A stretch of DNA of 64,000 bases, taken from assembly GCA_015069325.1 (NCBI GenBank), contig SVIV01000003.1, positions 11,671 through 75,670 of the forward strand, in the 5' to 3' direction. Origin of the DNA: Clostridiales bacterium (lineage in GTDB: Bacteria > Bacillota > Clostridia > Christensenellales > UBA1242). This document shows, in pieces, positions 60,360 through 64,000 of this stretch (its first letter is position 1; each line of letters opens with the position of its first letter). The notes beneath the pieces are model-generated. The model was not told the DNA's origin. It searched no databases and worked only from the letters and a program-made list of their open reading frames with translations. The translations under genes were made by a program, and so were the position numbers.

Positions 60360-61742
60360 ATGAAAAAGAAATTACTTAAAATATTTGCAATCATTTTCTG
60401 TGCTACTTTGTTTTTGACAGGTTGTGCAACTGTAAGTGATGTAAAAGACAACAATGGCGATAAAATATATTTTGCAGAGCCTGTTTATTTTGAAGGACAA
60501 GTTGCTAAAGTTGGCGATTACCTTTATTATGGAAATGGATATGGCGATATTACTACTGATGCTTTTAATTATTCAAACGAAAAAGAATATGCTTATCTTT
60601 CAAGGGTGAATTTATCAGAATTGACCTTTGAAGAAGACGTCCTTGATAAAAACTATAAAAACACAACGCCACAAGAAGTTGAAAGGGTAAATGGTGATAA
60701 AGTAGTAGGTTATGCAAATCAAGAAATGTATGCGTTTGGGGAATATTTATATTTTACTTCAGCAAACGAACACAAAACAAATACAATGCTTAACGACTAC
60801 ACAAGAATTTCACTTTTTAGAGTTAAGTTTAATGGGGACGGTCTTGAAGAACTGGGCACATTTACTTATAGCGAGACAAGTTCAATCTCTCTTCAACAAG
60901 GAAGCGATGGCAAATATTATTTTGTTGTTGTTTGTCCAACAGAAGTTGAAGAAAGCGAAGAAAGGGAAGATGGCGAAGAACAAGAATCAAAAACTTTTGA
61001 TATTTACTCTCTTCGAGTTGGCGATAAATGTGGAAAAGTAGAAAAACTTGTTGGCGAAGTAAATACAGCAGTTGTTGCTGACAAAACTTCACAAATGAGA
61101 AATGTAGTATATACTTATGCAACAGAATCAGAAAGACTCCCAAATGCAGTAAGCGCAGTTGATTTTGCAACAGGAGATATTGTTTCTTATGATAGTGCAA
61201 AAGACAATGCAGTTACACTTGTAGGAAGAGAAGGCGACATCGTATTCTACTCTTATGCAAATGAAATTTATTATAAAAATGTTTCAAATGTAGGAATCTT
61301 TTCTGCAACAGACAACTCTCGTTTCTACAGTGCTCCTTCAATTTCTAATGTAGAAAAAATGGGGAATGGATACATCTTTGTAGGCACAAGCAGTTTGATG
61401 TATAAATCATCATTGACTGCAACACCTGAAAAGCTTGCATCTACTTCGGAATACAGCGATATCCTTTTCGCCGATGGAGATTATGTTTACCTTTCAAACG
61501 ATTCTTCAATTATGAAAGTAAGTGTTTATGATAAGGAAATCGAAAACATTGTTGAAGGTATGACAATTATTTCAGGTGAATGTGGATATGTTGACAATAA
61601 TATTTACTTCTATGCTCAACTGGGTGCCCTTGTTGATGAAGACGGCAACGAAGTAACAAACGAAGAAGAAAAAGATCTTACTTATTATATGTATCAAACA
61701 GATAAAATGGGCAACATTCAGCTTCTTGGAAAGGTAAAATAA
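60360..61742 (+). CDS. Lipoprotein of unknown function (possibly beta-propeller-like repeats)
   Basis: Lipobox signal MKKKLLKIFAIIFCATLFLTGC. Recurrent Y(F/Y)(Y/T)S/Y(L/V)Y(F/Y) strand-like motifs. Confidence 0.7.
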   Translation: MKKKLLKIFAIIFCATLFLTGCATVSDVKDNNGDKIYFAEPVYFEGQVAKVGDYLYYGNGYGDITTDAFNYSNEKEYAYLSRVNLSELTFEEDVLDKNYKNTTPQEVERVNGDKVVGYANQEMYAFGEYLYFTSANEHKTNTMLNDYTRISLFRVKFNGDGLEELGTFTYSETSSISLQQGSDGKYYFVVVCPTEVEESEEREDGEEQESKTFDIYSLRVGDKCGKVEKLVGEVNTAVVADKTSQMRNVVYTYATESERLPNAVSAVDFATGDIVSYDSAKDNAVTLVGREGDIVFYSYANEIYYKNVSNVGIFSATDNSRFYSAPSISNVEKMGNGYIFVGTSSLMYKSSLTATPEKLASTSEYSDILFADGDYVYLSNDSSIMKVSVYDKEIENIVEGMTIISGECGYVDNNIYFYAQLGALVDEDGNEVTNEEEKDLTYYMYQTDKMGNIQLLGKVK

Positions 61743-61770
61743 TTAGTCTGACAAAATGCGACAAATAAAG

Positions 61771-61810
61771 GCATAATTCGACTTGACTTGGCTCGGATTA
61801 TGCTTTTTTT
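61771..61810 (+). terminator. Terminator after the lipoprotein gene
   Basis: GCATAATTCGA (61771-61781) pairs with TCGGATTATGC (61793-61803) with one G-U pair, followed by TTTTTTT. Confidence 0.65.
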
Positions 61811-61881
61811 ATGTTTTAAAATGTGCTATCTTGTTATTGTCAAAAGAAATTAATGTTTTATTGTCAAAAAAGGAGATTGTT

Positions 61882-62637
61882 ATGGACAAAGAAGGTAAGA
61901 TTAAAATTTATTTAGCAGACACAGATAAAGATGAAATTGATAAGATGCAACTGTTTTTTGCAGATAGAGAAGAATATCAAATTGTAGGAAGTGCGAATGA
62001 TGGCGAAAGCGCTATTACAGGCATAAAGGAATTGCAACCAGATTTTGTCATTATGGAAGTTTTGCTTGGGGGAATTGACGGATTTAAAGTAATAGAAACT
62101 ATTAAAAAAGAAATGAAAGAAAGTTGCCCTAAAGTTATTTTTGTTTCAAATCTTTCTCACGCAGGCTTTATTTCAAAAGCAATGAAAGAAGGCGCAGATT
62201 ATTTTATGGTTAAACCTATTTCACTTGAAAACTTGGAAGAAAGAATTGTGGATATTGCTAATAATTGTGAGATAAAGTCAAATGAAGGAGAAAAGGTGCT
62301 TGATGAAAAAATATCTAATATTTTTATCAGCATTGGTATTCCTGCACATATCAAAGGTTATCAATTTTTAAGGGAAGCAGTAAAGCTTGCTGTGGTCGAG
62401 CCAGATATAATCGCATCAATTACAAAGAAACTTTATCCTACAATTGCTGAGAAGTTTTCAACAAGCTCATCAAAAGTTGAAAGGGGAATGCGACACGCAA
62501 TTGAAGTTGCTTGGAATCGTGGCAAGATTGAAAATATCAACAATTTGTTTGGGCTTAAGATTTATGGTGCAAATGATAAGCCAACGAATGGAGAACTGAT
62601 TGCCTTAATTGCAGATAAAATGATAATGGGTGGTTAA
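61882..62637 (+). CDS. spo0A: Spo0A-family response regulator with an atypical receiver (Glu at the phospho-acceptor position)
   Basis: C-terminal Spo0A_C signature: GIPAHIKGYQFLREAV...ITKKLYPTIAEKFSTSSSKVERGMRHAIEVAWNRG...KPTNGELIALIADKM. Start moved to MDKEGK after AAAGGAG. Confidence 0.88.
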   Translation: MDKEGKIKIYLADTDKDEIDKMQLFFADREEYQIVGSANDGESAITGIKELQPDFVIMEVLLGGIDGFKVIETIKKEMKESCPKVIFVSNLSHAGFISKAMKEGADYFMVKPISLENLEERIVDIANNCEIKSNEGEKVLDEKISNIFISIGIPAHIKGYQFLREAVKLAVVEPDIIASITKKLYPTIAEKFSTSSSKVERGMRHAIEVAWNRGKIENINNLFGLKIYGANDKPTNGELIALIADKMIMGG

Positions 62638-62690
62638 AACATTTTCACATATCCACATTTTGTGCTAAAATATAAGCGGAGAGAATAAAA

Positions 62691-63032
62691 ATGCTTAGAC
62701 TTATAAATTTAAAAGATGAAGTGTATAATGTGGACTATGCAATAAAAACTGTGGAAATTGAAATAGAAAATGCAAAAAGAGAAGGGCTGATTGCTATAAA
62801 AGTTTTGCACGGTTATGGCTCTCACGGTCGTGGCGGGGCTATTATGTTGGAGCTTCGCCGAATTTTACCTTTCTGGAAAAGACAAGGTTTCATTGTAGAC
62901 TTTTTTGGTGGGGATAAATGGAGTTTGTTTGATAAGCAATCGCAAGAAATTTTAAATGCGGATAAAACAATTTTTGGAGATTGTGATTTGGATAACAACA
63001 ATCCGGGGATAACAATTATTAAAGTCAGCTAA
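62691..63032 (+). CDS. Smr-domain protein
   Basis: IKVLHGYGSHGRGGAI (the LHGxG Smr motif). Confidence 0.8.
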   Translation: MLRLINLKDEVYNVDYAIKTVEIEIENAKREGLIAIKVLHGYGSHGRGGAIMLELRRILPFWKRQGFIVDFFGGDKWSLFDKQSQEILNADKTIFGDCDLDNNNPGITIIKVS

Positions 63033-63149
63033 AAAAGGAAGCCAATTGGATTCCTTTTTTATTTGTCAAATAAATCATTTTTTAAAAAAATGAAAATTTT
63101 ATAAATTTTTTTATTTTGATTTTTATTTAAAAATAGATATAATAAAGTT

Positions 63150-63992
63150 ATGTTATGTAATGATTGCCCTAGAATGTGTGGGGTTGATAGAACGAAAGTA
63201 AAAGGTTTTTGTGGCTGTGGAGACAAAATTGCAGTAGCAAAAATAATTGAAAATTTTATGTGGGAAGAACCTTGTATTAGTGGCGATAAAGGTGCGCTTG
63301 CAATCTTTTTTGCCGGTTGTAATTTGCGATGTCAGTTTTGCCAGAATTATAAAATATCTCATAGTGAAATAGGAAATCTTTATTCACCGGAAGAATTTAG
63401 AAAATTCATTTTATCTTACGATTTATCCAAATTTTCTTGCATTGATTTAATTACGCCAACTCATTTTTCTTCTATTTTGCTTGATACGTTAAAAGGGATT
63501 GACTTACCTATACCAATTGTATGGAATTCAAGTGGCTATGAAAGTGTTGAGATGATAAAAAAACTTTCTTCTATAGTTGATGTATTTTTACCAGACTTTA
63601 AATATTATGATGAAAGTTTATCATTAAAGTATTCGTTTGCAAAAGATTATTTTGAAGTTGCTAGCCAAGCGATTTTAGAGATGCGAAAACAGAAGCCAAA
63701 CAATATTTTTGAAAAAGGAATGTTACAAGAAGGAGTGTTGATTCGTCATTTGGTTTTGCCAGAGTGCAAAGAAGATTCTATGAAAATTTTAGATTTTGTA
63801 AAAGAGAATATTGACAAGCCTTTCATATCATTAATGAGTCAATTTACACCAACCCAGGCAAGCGAAATTAAACGCAGTCTTTATCCATTAGAGTATAAAA
63901 TTGTTATGTCCTACGCGGAAAAGCTTGGTTTAACAGAAGGATATATTCAAGAGATTTCAAGTTCGGCATCTTCATTTATTCCAGATTTTTAA
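63150..63992 (+). CDS. Radical SAM protein, PflX-like (PFL-activase homologue)
   Basis: The N-terminal CNDCPRMCGVDR...GFCG cluster and the radical SAM motif CNLRCQFCQNY. Confidence 0.85.
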   Translation: MLCNDCPRMCGVDRTKVKGFCGCGDKIAVAKIIENFMWEEPCISGDKGALAIFFAGCNLRCQFCQNYKISHSEIGNLYSPEEFRKFILSYDLSKFSCIDLITPTHFSSILLDTLKGIDLPIPIVWNSSGYESVEMIKKLSSIVDVFLPDFKYYDESLSLKYSFAKDYFEVASQAILEMRKQKPNNIFEKGMLQEGVLIRHLVLPECKEDSMKILDFVKENIDKPFISLMSQFTPTQASEIKRSLYPLEYKIVMSYAEKLGLTEGYIQEISSSASSFIPDF

Positions 63993-64000
63993 AAAAATGT

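Noticed and set aside
62642-62657. DnaA-box-like doublet TTTTCACAT-ATCCACA between spo0A and smr
   Set aside because: It has only one-mismatch and two-mismatch boxes, is isolated, and lies far from the AT-rich block. This is plausible by chance in AT-rich DNA. I note it only as a possible DnaA-regulated site.

Overview
This is a visibly AT-rich, Bacillota-type chromosomal window centred on the replication-origin neighbourhood. All calls come from reading the supplied translations and the DNA by eye; no database or HMM search was run. Recognisable core genes: addB-addA, proS, an AbrB-like regulator with an ABC-2 exporter, rsmG, mnmG, mnmE, parA-parB with three perfect parS sites, jag, yidC, yidD, rnpA, rpmH (too short for the ORF track), dut, dnaN, dnaA, recF, trpS, pflB-GNAT-pflA, nrdD-(TrxR-like)-nrdG, a Spo0A-like regulator, an Smr protein, a PflX-like radical SAM protein, tRNA-Leu(TAG) and tRNA-Met/Ile2(CAT). 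PFL, class III RNR and Spo0A together suggest an anaerobic Clostridia- or Erysipelotrichia-like organism; the lineage cannot be named from this window. About a third of the genes are ORFans with no family I recognise. No integrase, transposase, CRISPR array, rRNA or recognisable defence system is visible. Items worth a second look: (1) a class III RNR operon in which NrdD carries a fused C-terminal thioredoxin-fold CPNC domain and is translationally coupled to a TrxR-like flavoprotein with degenerate NADPH motifs, all behind a tandem NrdR-box pair; (2) a Spo0A orthologue with Glu at the phospho-acceptor position; (3) a 3566-aa, signal-peptide plus C-terminal-TM-anchored surface protein with homologous modules at both ends; (4) an origin region with a DnaA-box cluster and AT block in the dnaA-dnaN spacer, scrambled canonical synteny, a 13-bp tandem array and A-tract-rich spacers around trpS; (5) several ORFan cassettes: transglutaminase-like plus HExxH, a four-gene cassette next to parAB, and tandem Cys/His paralogues. 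I could not identify one unambiguous novel system. The nrd operon, the Spo0A variant and the ORFan cassettes are my best candidates.
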